In this document: piece by piece, positions 49,253 to 62,561 of the stretch
Numbering within the stretch: position 1 is the stretch's first letter
Layout: each line of letters starts with the position of its first letter
The notes under the pieces: generated by a model
Database searches by the model: none
Told to the model about the DNA's origin: nothing
The model's input: the letters and a program-made list of their open reading frames with translations, nothing else
Program-made: the position numbers and the translations under genes
DNA from: Macrostomum hystrix
Lineage: Eukaryota > Animalia > Platyhelminthes
Length of the DNA stretch: 64,000 nt
Assembly (NCBI GenBank): GCA_950097015.1
Contig: CATNEN010000001.1
Span: 18,104,001 to 18,168,000, forward strand
Direction of reading: 5' to 3'

Positions 49253-51002
49253 TTTGATGATGATCCCCCAGTTGATGATGATCCCCCAGTTGATGATGAT
49301 CCCCCAGTTGATGATGATACCCCAGTTGATGATGATCCCCCAGTTGATGATGATCCCCCAGTTGATGATGATCCCCCAGTTGACAATGATCCCACATTTG
49401 ACAATGATCCCCCAGTCGACAATTATCCCCCAGTTGACCATGATCCGCCAGTTGACAATGATCACCCACTTGATAATGATCACTCAGTTTATTATGATCT
49501 CTGAGTTGATTATGATCAGCCAGTTGACAAGTATCCCCCAGTTGATGATGATCCCCCAGTTGACAATGATCCCACAGTTGACAATGATCCACAAGTTGAC
49601 AATGATCATTCAGTTGATTATGATCACTCAGTTGACAATGATCACCCAGTTGACAATGATCCCCCATTTGATGATGATCCCCCAGTTGATGATGATCCCC
49701 CAGTTGACCATGATCCCCAAGTTGACAAAGATTCCCAGTTGACAATGATCCACAAGTTGAAAATGATCACTCAGTTGATTATGATCACTCAGTTGACAAT
49801 TATCCCCCAGTTGACAATGATCCCACAGTTGACAATGATCCCCCAGTTGACAATGATCCCCCATTTGATTATGATCCCCCAGTTGATGATGATCCCCCAG
49901 TTGATGATGATTCCCCAGTTGACAATTATCACCCAGTTGACAATGATCCCCCAGTTGACAATGATTCCCAGTTGACAATGATCACTCAGTTGATTATGAT
50001 CACTCAGTTGATGATGATCCCCCAGTTGATGATGATTCCCCAGTTGACAATTATCACCCAGTTGACAATGATCTTCCAGTTGACAATGATCCCACAGTTG
50101 ACAATGACAATGACAATGATTCCCAGTTGACAATGATCCACAAGTTGACAAAGATTCCCAGTTGACAATGATCCACAAGTTAACAATGATCACTCAGTTG
50201 ATTATGATCACCCAGTTGACAATGATCCCCCATTTGATGATGATCCCCCAGTTGATGATGATCCCCCAGTTGATGATGATCCCCCAGTTGACCATGATCC
50301 CCAAGTTGACAAAGATTCCCAGTTGACAATGATCCACAAGTTAAAAAATGATCCCCCAGTTGACAATGATTCCCAGTTGACAATGATCACTCAGTTGATT
50401 ATGATCACTCAGTTGATGATGATCCCCTAGTTGATGATGATTCCCCAGTTGACAATTATCCCCCAGTCGACAATTATCCCCCAGTTGACCATGATCCGCC
50501 AGTTGACAATGATCACCCACTTGATAATGATCCCCCAGTTGACCATGATCCCCAAGTTGACAAAGATTCCCAGTTGACAATGATCACTCAGTTGATTATG
50601 ATCTCTGAGTTGATTATGATCAGCCAGTTGACAAGTATCCCCCAGTTGATGATGATCCCCCAGTTGACAATGATCCTACAGTTGACAATGATCCACAAGT
50701 TGACAATGATCAGTCAGTTGATTTTGATCACTCAGTTGACAATGATCACCCAGTTGACAATTATCCCCCAGTCGAAAATGATCCCCCAGTTGACCATGAT
50801 CCCCAAGTTGACAATGATTCCCAGTTGACAATGATCCACAAGTTGACAATGATCACTCAGTTGATTATGATCACCCAGTTGACAATGATCCCCCATTTGA
50901 CAATGATCCCACAGTTGACAATGTACCTCCCCTGTTGACAATGATCCCCCAGTTAACAAAGATCCCCTAGTTGATCATGATCCCCCAGTTAACAATGATC
51001 CC
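49253..51002. repeat. 18-bp minisatellite (CAGTTGACAATGATCCCC)n, 1.75 kb
   Basis: Same unit as 2908-3170, with higher-order blocks visible. Confidence 0.97.
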
Positions 51003-52765
51003 TGAATTGCTTCAGTTCAACCAGCTGTTAAATGGGTACCAGCATCAGCTGGGATACTTGAAAGGTGGGTGTGGCGTCCCGCCAGTCCATGGAATGAACA
51101 GCTGTACGCAACCTTCAGATGCGCCGCGCCATAGCTGCAGCTGTGCTGTCGGCTGCACATCTGGCCCAATTGGGGCAGGTGTAATCAATTATTATTATTA
51201 TTATGGTGGTATGTGATTCTATGGTAATGTGTTTACATAATGGCGGAGTGATTTGGAGAGTCGTCGATTTACGCTCGTAAAGCAGGTCGCTCAATTGTGA
51301 GGGCGACCGGCATTATGAATTTTAGCGCTGATTCATTTCTTAAATTCTAACAGCAACTGCGCACTTAGTGCGGCCTCTGATGCGCAAGTTGACAAGATTT
51401 TTTGGCTCAGTTGTGCCAGCTCAGTATTATTAACTTATTAAGTATTGTAGACATAGATGAGCCGCCTTCAGGAAAACGATCCCAAAAGATTCGATCGTAG
51501 GTGAAAGCACTAGCTGTGTCAGCATTATGTTTTGCTGCATAACGTTTAAATTTCGAAATTAAAGAAGTAAGAGTCAACGAAAATAAATATAAATTTCTAA
51601 CGCAGTTCAGTATAAAGAATTTGTCTGACTGTGGCTGCTTAATTGCCGCACAAAGAACGTTTAATTTTCTGTATAAATAGTAAAAGGATGCATAGCGGGA
51701 GAAAAAAAGTAAACACCAAGTATCTGTATACATATGGGATAGGCCTGGGATAGGATTTGGATTGCACTCAAACCGGAATGTTTTGTAGAATTAAATATCT
51801 TCAGGGTACTAAATGCAAAGCAACTGAAGAAGAGTGAAATTGAACAGACCAACAGTAAATTACAGAAATAAAAATGGGAAAGCAAAAAGAGCAATAATAA
51901 AAGAGCCCGCCTTTACCTGATAAAGGCACTTTGAGTTTTTCTTTCGTACAAAATGCCTGTTGTGACTATTAATTAGTAAAAACTTATTTTCGAATTTATT
52001 TCTCACGCCGAACAGTTATATTGCAGTGATTATGCCGCTAAACTAAACAGTACGGCAACAGTTTAATGACGCTCGAACTTCTGAGGAGCAGTCTTAGAAT
52101 AGACACTAATATCAATGTCATCCGCAGCTTCCATTTCTCGACGCACCTGACCGTGTACCGGGCGTCAGGTGTTCATGGAGAATATCTGGAAGAAATTCGG
52201 AATGTTTTAAATCCAATTTACATACGAGTATTTATCTGTCTAGAATGATTGCCCTTAATCAAAATTATAAACGTATATTACCAAATTTGTAAAGGGATCA
52301 GTGTCATTGACAATACAACAACAAAACAGCAACAACAACTGTCTTTGACAATGGCAATTAGAAATATATTTACTGATTATTGTCTACAACCGTAATGGTA
52401 GACAATACAATAGCCTGGGGAATTTCATGGTCTAACCCAACTAAATTTTGAGAGATCCAGAGGGGAAGTAAAATACACAGCAGAGATAAGAGTCTAGAAT
52501 CACTAGAGTCTAGACTAGACAAACAAAGCGTTTCTTTAGGGCAAGGACTTCTATAAATAGCATCTATAAATAGATCGATGCTTGTATTCAGAGGTCCTTG
52601 CTTTAGGGTAGCATAGATACCTTACATTGTAACTTGATTTGGCTAGCTGTCTAAAGCGGAGACACGGCCACAATATTTTTTCCAACAACTATAAGCAACA
52701 AAGCGGAAGCGGCCAAGAGTAATATTAACTGGTTCCTCTTAGAGGCTGTGCCAGACACTGGGACA

Positions 52766-53764
52766 ATGAATTTTGATAGCCGAAATACAACTGAATCCCT
52801 AAAGGTAAATCTATATGATTCGAGACAGTGACTGGTTGTTCTATGGGAGACAGTGGGTATCTACTAGGAGTATATCAAAATCTCGTAGATTTTCTAGGTA
52901 GCTAGCTTATAGCTAGAAAGACAGTTACTATAGCAACGCTTGATTGCGGAGAGTGGCTAGATTGTCTAGCTATGGGACACGGTGTCTAGATTGATTGTTC
53001 ACGGGAGACAAGCTAATCGCAAACCCATTTATTCTTACCAGCCCGTCGATGACCTGGGCAGTCTAGACAATTTGGACTTCGCCGTGATGCGCTGCGAATT
53101 CAGTGACCTCCAGTCTTACGAAAGCGCTGCCCTCTTCGATTTGTACAAGCCGGTTGCCAACGAAGATGACACTGGGGCCATGAGCGCATCGGAGTCCATC
53201 TGGTCCATCGGACAGCAACAGCATCCGCAGCAGCGACTGAATGCTTCGGCGATTGATTGCTCCCTTTGCTGGGTTCATTCGCTTGATCCGCCCACTTCGC
53301 ATCTCCCAACGCATGTGCAGCCGCCAGGCGTCATAAAAAGAACAAGGAAGAAGCGTGCTGGCATCGGTTAGTGTTTTTGAGCTGCGAAAATTTGGGATTT
53401 GAGAATCTTTAGTATTTAACAACAATTAGCTATCAAAACTTAGCATTGCCCAACCTCAGACAGGAATTTTTGGCTGTGGGAGTTTCTGTACCAGTTACTC
53501 GAAACTCCGCCTGTCGCTGACCTGTCGCCACCCTGCTTGCGCTGGGAGAACAAGCTGGAGGGCATTTTCCAAATTCTAAACCCAACCGGCCTAGCAGAGG
53601 CGTGGGGCAGTTACAAGCGGCGGGACATGAGCTTTGAAACGATGAAGCGAGCGCTGAGGCATTACTATGAGGACAAGCTTATCACCAAGACCCACCCAAG
53701 AGACAAGCACTTTTACAAATTTCACTTCGACCACGAGAAATTAAAACTTTTTTTAGAAAAATGA
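52766..53764 (+). CDS. ETS-domain transcription factor (ELF/E74-like signature), 3 exons (CACTA cargo)
   Basis: Exons 52766-52804, 53042-53366 and 53460-53764, phase-compatible with no stops. WLWEFLYQLL...LRWENKLEGIFQI...LAEAWG..K..MSFETMKRALRHYY...YKF. Confidence 0.9.
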
Positions 53765-54116
53765 CTGAGACAAAATGACACCCAAATCAGAAATCCCATA
53801 ATTTAATTAATACCTCAGAAATCCCTACATTGCCCTAGAAATCACATGATCCAGACAATGACTCAGAATTACATCACGGATTGTCTGATTGTCAGTTGCG
53901 CTACTTCACTCATGTAAACTATTGTTTCTTACGGCCATGTTTTGTTCTGTTTTCTTGTGTTTTCTCATATTGTCCATGCATGACTTATCATCTGTAATTA
54001 AGCCTTGATTTTGAAGACATGTAATTGAGACCGACTGTTTCCTATAAAAGTATGATATCTACGAGTACTTATAAATGCTATACTATAAATAAACTAATAG
54101 TTGCTGCACATTATTT

Positions 54117-55658
54117 TATAAACTACGGGCTCGTAAAAAACAAAAAGCACACTTAACGTTGTATCGAGTGCAGCCGTGGAACTCTATTGACATGACAAGG
54201 AGTTCGTGAATGTCGCTGTCGTTCTCTAACCTGCTAAACTCGGCCAGATGCAGCTAGCCGGGACGCTGGGCAAACTTGTGCTCGACGCTGACTGAAATTC
54301 CCCATGCTGCAGAGGGTTAGATAAATTCATTTATCTCATTTTGAATTCCTAATGTGAATTTAAACTCAAACTGCTTAAGAAGAAAGTAACTGCATACCTG
54401 TACATCCGAGGTAAAAGCTAAGAGCGATGTCTCGTCGGTACATTTTCTGCCGACCACCTTGCAACATACGTCTCAGGATTTTCTGGAACGGGGAAAAACT
54501 AAAATTGGAATTTGACAGTATACAGTTTTTGCTTTTGATTTGATCCCTAGTCAAGTATGAATTTCAGCTACATTTCAGCAAGCCTTTAAGGGACAGATGC
54601 GATAGCCAGCTATTATATCAAGTCATTCTAAGAAGCTAATTGCATGCATGCATATTAAGTGCATCTTAAACACAAAGCAAGGTGCAATAGCTCAATAAAT
54701 ATGTTTGTTGTCGTGCAAAGCTAAAGCAATTTATAAATACTTAATGCATGCAGTGCATGTAATAAATAAACAAGTGTGAAATAAATAAAGACACGAAGGC
54801 ATAGATATCCGAAAATCCTATGGCGCTGCATATCCTATATGAGCCGCGCAATCTTTACTATAGTTATGGCGCTGCATGCATCGTATGTATCGTATTCGTA
54901 TCGTATACGTATACGTATCGTATCGTATATATCGTAGAGCATCGTGGCGCTGCATAAATATTTGTGCTCTGAAAGGCGAAAAGGAGTTTTAAGGCGCAAA
55001 TATCATTATTTAGTAAAAACATGCACCTTTAATAAATGCTTTATCCAATGGCAACAAGGGCATGCATCCAACTCTAAGCAAATGCTTGGGGTTGGCTTAT
55101 GGAATGAGCTGCATGGTTGCACACGAAGTGCGACAAAAAGACTAACGTTATAGCATTTAGTTACTGTCATATTAAAGGTGAGTGCATTTTGCTTTATTGT
55201 AATATTGTGTTAGCATTTGTTGTGTGAATTGCAGCATGTTAAACGACGTGTAGCTAATGGCTAGAAAGAGATTTAGTTTTACCACCTAGCACCAATATGA
55301 AGCTTTTAAAGGAAAGTAAAACCTGCAAAACCGGGTATATCTTTTTCAGGATGTTTAAAAGCATATTTAAAGAATTGTTATAAAAACTGTCAAGAATTGC
55401 GAAGAACCATTAGTATAAAATAGCAAAAAGTACGTGGTTTAACAAACCTTATTATTTTTTTCCACCGGAAGGTAGGTGCCGGGGCGGGGTAAAGTTGGTA
55501 GATGCCCCGGCACCTACCTTCACCTTCCACGTGCCGCCCTGGCCCACCGTGTGTGGCTCTATAAGCCACGGTGAGCCAGGGCCCTGCTGCTGCGCCTGCT
55601 GCGGGGCCTGCTGCGCCTGTGCCTGCTGCTGCTGGTGCTGCTGCTGCTTAATATCCAT
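54117..55658 (-). pseudogene. Possible 3-exon orphan gene with N-terminal polyQ and one in-frame stop
   Basis: Approximate exons 55658-55518, 54482-54398 and 54307-54117 join in phase (…WKVK|KILRRMLQGGRQKMYRRDIALSFYLGCT|AWGISVSVEHKFAQRPG*LHLAEFSRL…). Confidence 0.35.
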
Positions 55659-55661
55659 TTA

Positions 55662-55798
55662 TATCTCTGATTCCGTAGATGATCTCTAATTCTGTAGATT
55701 ATCTCTGATTCTGTAGATTATGTCTGATTGTGTAGATTATCTCTGATTCTGTAGATGATCTCTAATTCTGTAGATTATCTCTGATTCTGTAGATTATG
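55662..55798. repeat. 19-bp tandem repeat (TCTCTGATTCTGTAGATTA)
   Basis: About 7 units. Confidence 0.9.
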
Positions 55799-57099
55799 TT
55801 GGGACTATATATCCACTTGATATCCTTAATATCCACTTGAAACTAGAAATTAGATACCTGAAATTAAGTGGTTTTTATCAAATTCGTATCTTTTTAATTC
55901 AGATCGTATGAACAGATCTTTGTATGATTATCGATTTTTAAGAGCACTCAGCACTGAAATCTCAGGAATCAATTGAGAAGCAATCAAAAGAATCTCGAAG
56001 GAATTAAACAAATAAAAGAAATTCAAAGACAGACGAAACAAGACTAGGTTTCGGCAAGAGTGTTCTATTAAATAAATTCAGCTGACTGGTGAGTTACTAG
56101 TTTTAATTGTAGCTCGAACATTATTTATCAGACTAATTTAAATAATAAGTTTATAAGTTTATAAGTAATAAGTTTTTCAGCTATTAAAATATTCAACATT
56201 ATTGAACAGGTACTTATCACACTAGCTGGAATGGTGGCATTTTTGACTGGCTTAAGGCAGTACTACCTATAGCAACTGCTTTCCTTACATCAGTGCATCT
56301 GAGAACTGCTGGTCACATAGTAAGGGCTTGACTAATCATGATCCTTTTGTGAAATACTTAACACCTAACCCACAATTGATAGCTACTATCAATTGTAACT
56401 CAAATTAATTTTGAGCCATTGGTTTAAATAATACATGTGTACAGGTTCAGTTTGTCTAAAAAGGTACTATGCATGTATTTTTTAACTTAAAAGCTTACTA
56501 AACATATATACTACCTCTGTATGTCAGACCCTAAAGTGTCATAAAAATTATAGCATTCACTAGCTATTGCTAGCTGTTGGTACTAGCTAGGGTTATTTGG
56601 TCTGCTGTATTCATGTGAGACAATTTGTGTCCTTTAGCAAGACACTTAATTTACTCTGCATTGCTTTAGTTCACCCAGCTGTTAAATGGTACCAGCATTC
56701 GCTGGGATAATTGAAGGTGGGTGTGGTGTCCCCCCAGTCCATGGACTGTACAGCTGTACGCAGTCTTCAGATGAGCCGCGCAATAGCTCCGCTGTGCTGT
56801 CGGCTGCAAATCTAGCCAGTGACCCCAGTGTATACTTGAGTTATTTGGTCTGGTATTTAGCAGCTAGGGGTCGGCAATGAGCCAGTGGGCCACTTACAGA
56901 ACCTAAAAGACGACGGCTGTATTAAATGTAGGAATCTGAGAAAGGGCAGGGATTAGACATAGGATAGATGAGGCAGGGGGGAATTAGGGTGGGGGTTTGA
57001 TTCCTAACTCTACTGGTACAACTTATGCCCTTTGGCAAGAGGCCTAACTTGCTTGCTTCAGTTCACCCTGTTATAAAATTAATAATAATCCATTAACTA

Positions 57100-57412
57100 A
57101 TTACAACTGTCACTATGGGCCAGATGTGTAGCCGACAGCACAGCTGCAACTATTGTGCGGCGCATCTGAAGACTGTGTACGGCTATGGACTACAGCCAGT
57201 ACAGTCCATCGACTGGGGATGGCTACACCCACTATAAGTTACCACAGCTAATACTGGTACCCATATAATAGCTAGCTGAACTGAAGCAATTCAGAGTTAA
57301 TTGCCTATCTTAGAGACACAAATTTCAAATTGTTTCTTAAAGAAACAGGAGTCAGGAATCGAACCATCAACCTTCAAGATGCGAGTCTGACGCTCTAACT
57401 GCTGGGCTACAA
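57100..57412 (-). mobile_element. Full-length tRNA-headed SINE, family B
   Basis: GTAGCCCAGCAGTTAGAGCG...GGTTCGATTCC head followed by the family B body. Confidence 0.75.
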
Positions 57413-57426
57413 CCCAGCTGTAAAAT

Positions 57427-57838
57427 AATAATAATAATGACACTAGACACAAGGGCCAGTGCAGGTGTTGTGTGTCAAGCACACTAGCAGGTGGGGACTG
57501 CACACCTAATGTACTCCCCGGCCCTCTCGGACACCGGTTGACAGCCGCGTGTCAGCAATGGAATTTATTTTTTCCAAACATATCGGCAGCATCCAAACCC
57601 ACTGAATTGCCGCACAGAACTGCTTAATTTCACGCCAGCCGGAATTATTATTCCCCGACGAAATATCGGTACTCATTTGCAGCTGAGTAGACTGTGTGCA
57701 CATCAGGGCAAAGCAGCTTGCCAAAGGCTGCACGAATAGTTCTAGACTAGGTCGGGAGTTGAACCCAGGACCATCTATCTGATCCAGAGTCCGACACCTT
57801 TACAGACCGAGCTATCCGCCCCTCTGTTTATCCAAGCT
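57427..57838 (-). mobile_element. tRNA-derived SINE, family A, with an 11-bp TSD
   Basis: AGCTGTAAAAT at 57416-57426 and 57839-57849; the empty site is visible in the paralogous copy at ~13119-13129. Confidence 0.92.
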
Positions 57839-59544
57839 AGCTGTAAAATGGGTACCAATATTAGCTATTTGAACTTAAGGTGGGTCTGGCATCCCTCAGT
57901 CCATGGACTGAACAGCCATGTGCAGCCTTTAGATTCGAGCGTACGCTGCACAATAGCTGTGGCTGTGCTCTTGACCATACTGCACAATTGGCCGGATAGG
58001 TATAATAAATTATATTAATTACTTAGCCTATATATAATATATGTGCTATGTTATTTATTTTTCTGCTCTGTTTAATACATTTAAAACCAACAAGCTAACC
58101 AATAACTCTCTTAACCACCTTATCCTTTTCAAACAGGTTAAGGAATGGCAAGATTCTCAATCTGCATGTACGAGAGCTTACTGGAACTTCTACTGTATCT
58201 GGTGCTTGGCCAACAAGAGCTAGCCTGAATGCTGCTGCCATCCAAGATTATAAAAGGCATGATTGACTATAGCTCACTGTTAACTGACAGATCTTTGCTT
58301 CTTAATGCCTAAGCATGACGAAAACTGCATGCCACATACCTAAACCAGCTAATAAGTAATAAAACATTTTTCATGACAATTAGTTCTCATATCATATAGC
58401 TATATAACAGTTTCTTTCTTTCACTGTTTCAATAAAATAGCCACTTGTGAAAGCCCAAGAATAAACAGAAGTTAGACTTGAAGTATCTAGAGCAGAAAAT
58501 AGGAATTGTAACCTAGCTATATAGTATATAGGCATTTAAGCCTCACTTGGTACAATTCATTATAATATGTTGCAAAAATATGTATTTTTTGCTAAATAAA
58601 AGTAAATATACACTATGCGCTTTAAAATAACTCTCTTTTTGTAAAAAATATTCCTGTAGCTTCATAATATATCCTAACTAAGCTACACTGACATTGCTGA
58701 TCAAATAGACTTTCACTTAATAAATAACTTATATAGATAATCCACAAAGTAGATGGCGAGTTTGATATCGGTGTTTATATTCACTTTGTCTTGTCTAATG
58801 AATTTCAGTGTCTTACTGTGAACAGTTTTTGAGAATTCGTTGATCGAATCGAGAATTCTCACGTACATAATAGCTAATTAATTGAGGATCCGGTCAGGTC
58901 AAAGTGAAAGTTTGCAGTGCATGCGCTTTCAAAAACTTTGCTCAGGCCATTATTTCGTTTTTAAGCTGCAGTTTGAAACTAAAAAATTGATTCTGACTTC
59001 TTATTAAGTTTAGTGCAACTGGCTTCTTCTGAGACAAAACTTTTTATTGCCTGCGGTCAAAATACATGTGTTTGTTAAATTTTACATTCACGTCGCCTTT
59101 TTACGGACTCAAATCGGACGGAAAACGGACCATCACAATTATGCGATTTCTACCTATTCTATATACTCCTAAATACATAGCTATTCGAGATGTAATGCAA
59201 TTAAAGCAGTTGCCGCAGTATCAATCATTTTATACGGCTATTGAGCGGTTTACTGCAGACGGCCGGAATATGCATGGCCGACCAGAAGATCGAATTGTAT
59301 ACACGCTCAGAATATTTTGATGATTCCACTATATACTCGTAAATTGTTTCACTGATGCACACAAATTTTATTTCCTAGCTCTCACTGATCAGTAAAACAG
59401 TAAGTATATGTATAGTAAATAATTTATATCTAAAAACTAAATATTACGATTATACAAACCAAACATTTAACTTGCTGCACTACTAACGTTTAAATACGAG
59501 TAGTATTTCAAGCATGTTAGGTTCTGTACAGTAGATCAAAAAAC

Positions 59545-60050
59545 GACATTTTTGCGGACTGGAATCGGACTGTTGGAATTACACAATTTTTCATCTTTTA
59601 AATGCATAAGTAACGGAAAATAAAGCCTTTTATGACGTTTTTAGCAGCTAACTCAAGAATTTTTTTATGGAACATCGTCCTCCTCGTCGCCCTATTGAGG
59701 ACTCAAAACGGACCGCGGACGCGTCGGCCTTTTGCGGAATAATTTCGGACTGTACGAATTACACATTTTTTCATCTTTTAAATGCATTTAGAACTGAAAT
59801 CAAGGCCTTTTAAGACGTTTTTAGCAGCTAACTCACGAGTAATTTTTTTTGGAACATCGTCCTTCTCGTCGGCCTTTTTCGGACTCAAATCGGACCATTT
59901 TGGAGCCGGTCGACGCGTCGGCCATTTTCGGACTATAATCGGACTGTACGAAGTACACATTTTTTCATCTTCTAAATGCATTTATAACTGAAATAAAGAC
60001 CTCTTAAGACGTTTTCAGCAGCTAACTCGATTATTTTTTAGCTGAGCTGA
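59545..60050. repeat. CACTA right subterminal ~180-190-bp tandem repeats
   Basis: Three related units (CGGACTGT..TTTTCATCTTT..GACGTTTT.AGCAGCTAACTC..GGAACATCGTCC). Confidence 0.85.
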
Positions 60051-60554
60051 CGAAGGCCAAAATGGGACCGTAGGGGTCCGAAAGACGTCCGACGGACGAT
60101 GACTTTTACACCGGGCAGGAGCGAGATAGGTCAATGCTTATTATAGGCCTAGACAAAGTTGTTGTAAATAGGATTATTTTTGCTTGTAGTAGATAATAAT
60201 AAAAATAATCAGATTCAAATGCTAACTCATTTTTGGTTATTTTACTTTCTAGCACTTAGCTTAGCTATTTTTATGAATTTGGTAATTATTTTCTACTATA
60301 TAAAACAGTCTTGTAGGCAAAGCAGTGTACTAGCTTATACCCTATTTTTATGAATATGAGCATTAACAAGGCCAACATTAGCTAGCCTATCTAGTTCAGT
60401 ATATAGATATATTTAAGTCACTATGTTGTAGTTTTTTATTTTCTAGTTATTAGCTTATTAGTTACTTATTACTAGCTAAGCTGAGCTAACTACTATATTA
60501 CCTAATAACTACTTACTTTGCTGCTAATACCAGTCATGCTTTACTATAGCTAAG

Positions 60555-61711
60555 TGTAGTGTCGGCATGTTTTTATAATGCGTATATTTCTACTTGTAGT
60601 AACTTATTCGCGCACGTCAATATTATGAATTATTTTAATGTATCTTATAGGTTAGTTGTTTGTACATGCGCACCCCAGCCAGGCCTAACACGCGACCGGC
60701 CGGTCACCCCTGCTCTACAGCCAAGGCATCAGACTAGCCCTGGTCTGGTGGGCCCAACCAATGGGAGGACGGCTAGCCGATTGAAGTGAACCGACTTAAG
60801 TGCGACACCCCGAGCCGGGCCAATCAGCAGCCGGTTCGTTAACCGGCAGGGTCGACCTGGCAGAAGAACAAGCGGCGCGGCCGGCACCCAGGCTTTGATG
60901 AGGGCTGGGGCGGGCGCTTGACTATAAAACTGACTATTGCGCTGAAATATTGTTCTCATGTGATTCTGGTCTCGCGTTCGACCTTGCTCTTGCTCTTGAT
61001 CTTGATATTGTTCTCATTCGTGTTACGCATCCTAGTAAATAGATACCGGGACAGGTAAACCGGTCCAACTAGTTAGTCAAAGAAAACCCCCACACTCAAC
61101 CCCACGTCAGTAAGTAGCTTGCGCTGAGCTCGGTACGTCTGGCCAACTGCTGACGGAGTGTTAGATAGGGATTGGCAAGCACGGAAGCACTCTCCATATC
61201 GCCGACAATCATCGGTGGGACGCCGTCGAACAGACATTAGGTGTGGCACGATAGAACTATCGTTGTGCCATAGTGCAGAAGTGCTTGCTGGTCGCCTCGG
61301 TTTTATGTTAGGGATTTTGGTTAGGTTTCGCGTTATTTGTCTTGTTTGTCATAGGGACTATCTGTTTGTCTAGGATTTATTTGTGTTGTTTATCGTGTCG
61401 TATTATCGAGTAGAGTTCGTGTTTTGTGTTGCGGTTATCGAGATTTTGTTAGTGCGAATTGTGAATTGGATTGAATTAAGTACAGTACCTGGCAGGGGAC
61501 GAAAAGAGCGCTGCCAGGGGAATTGATCAGTGATCATAGCTTTCTCTTATTTACTGATTAAAACTTAAATATCAGCTGTTTAGCTTGGAATTTGAATCGT
61601 CTTGTCTTCGTTATTTTCGAGTTGCGAAAAGGGAATCTCTCACAAAGAGTAGGACACCCGACCTCATTTAGGAATCTCAACGTAAAGAGAGACCTAAGTC
61701 AAAATATCACA
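60555..61711 (+). mobile_element. Solo LTR (gypsy-type)
   Basis: TGT...ACA termini, 4-bp TSD TAAG (60551-60554 and 61712-61715), CCAAT boxes and TATAAAA at ~60923. Confidence 0.85.
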
Positions 61712-62149
61712 TAAGTATATAGCTAACTTGAAATTTTACTTTAATAGGGGCATAGCTAGGCCTACATTACCTACAGTTATTAAGCTATATATTTAACTAG
61801 GCTTGAGTAGCTATGGGGCCAGCCTTATAAACAATATTTGAATAGGTATGATAGAATTAGCAAGGCCTTATTGGCCTAATTGTAGGCCAATATCACTTAT
61901 ATATTGGCTTTCCTATAAACCCACTTTTTCTTTTGACTTTACCCATCCTTATTTATATTTTCTTACCATTATCTATTTATCTTATACTTTTCTGTCCTTA
62001 GCTGCAATATTCTGTCCTTTAATATCCTATACCTTTCTGCTTATACCTTTCTGCCCTCTCCCATACCTTTGTTCTTCCTTCCTTGCCTATCTGCCCTCTA
62101 CCATACCTTTGTGCCTTTCTGCATTCTGCTACACCATTCCACCTCTTTG

Positions 62150-62350
62150 TTTCCTTTCTGCTCTCTACCACACCATTCTAGCACTTTCCCTGCCTTTCTG
62201 CTCTCTACCACACCCTTCTAGCACCTTCCCTGCCTTTCTGCTCTCTACCACACCCTTCTAGCACCTTCCCTGCCTTTCTGCTCTCTACCACACCCTTCTA
62301 GCACCTTCCCTTCCTTTCTGCTCACTACCATACCCTTGCACCTCCTTCCC
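62150..62350. repeat. ~40-bp C/T-rich tandem repeat
   Basis: TAGCACCTTCCCTGCCTTTCTGCTCTCTACCACACCCTTC repeated. Confidence 0.85.
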
Positions 62351-62561
62351 CACTGTAACTTTTATCTGCTTTTTTCTACATCTACCCAGCCTTCCCCGTC
62401 GCCTTCCATTCTCTTATTTATTTTCTGAGTGTCTGCGAGCTTCCATCATCTCCCAACTATTTCCCGCCATTTTCCACTCTTTTCCACCCTCTCCATTACC
62501 CTCGCAATCTCTCCTACTCTCTGCTGTCGACACCTTAGTTTTCATTTCGGCATTTTTTCAG

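Larger units (their letters stand above)
37007..60115 (+). mobile_element. Complete 23,109-bp CACTA/EnSpm (CMC) DNA transposon with cargo genes
   Basis: Left TIR CCCGGTGTAAAAAACATCGTCCGGCGGACG and right TIR (reverse complement) CCCGGTGTAAAAGTCATCGTCCGTCGGACG match at 27/30. CA is duplicated at 37005-37006 and 60116-60117. CGGAC-rich subterminal repeats at both ends; internal EnSpm transposase and DUF4806 gene. Confidence 0.92.

Noticed and set aside
60047-60092. Hammerhead-ribozyme-like words CTGACGA...GAAA
   Set aside because: Stem II does not begin directly after CTGACGA, stems I and III are not convincing, and the sequence is part of the CACTA terminal repeats.
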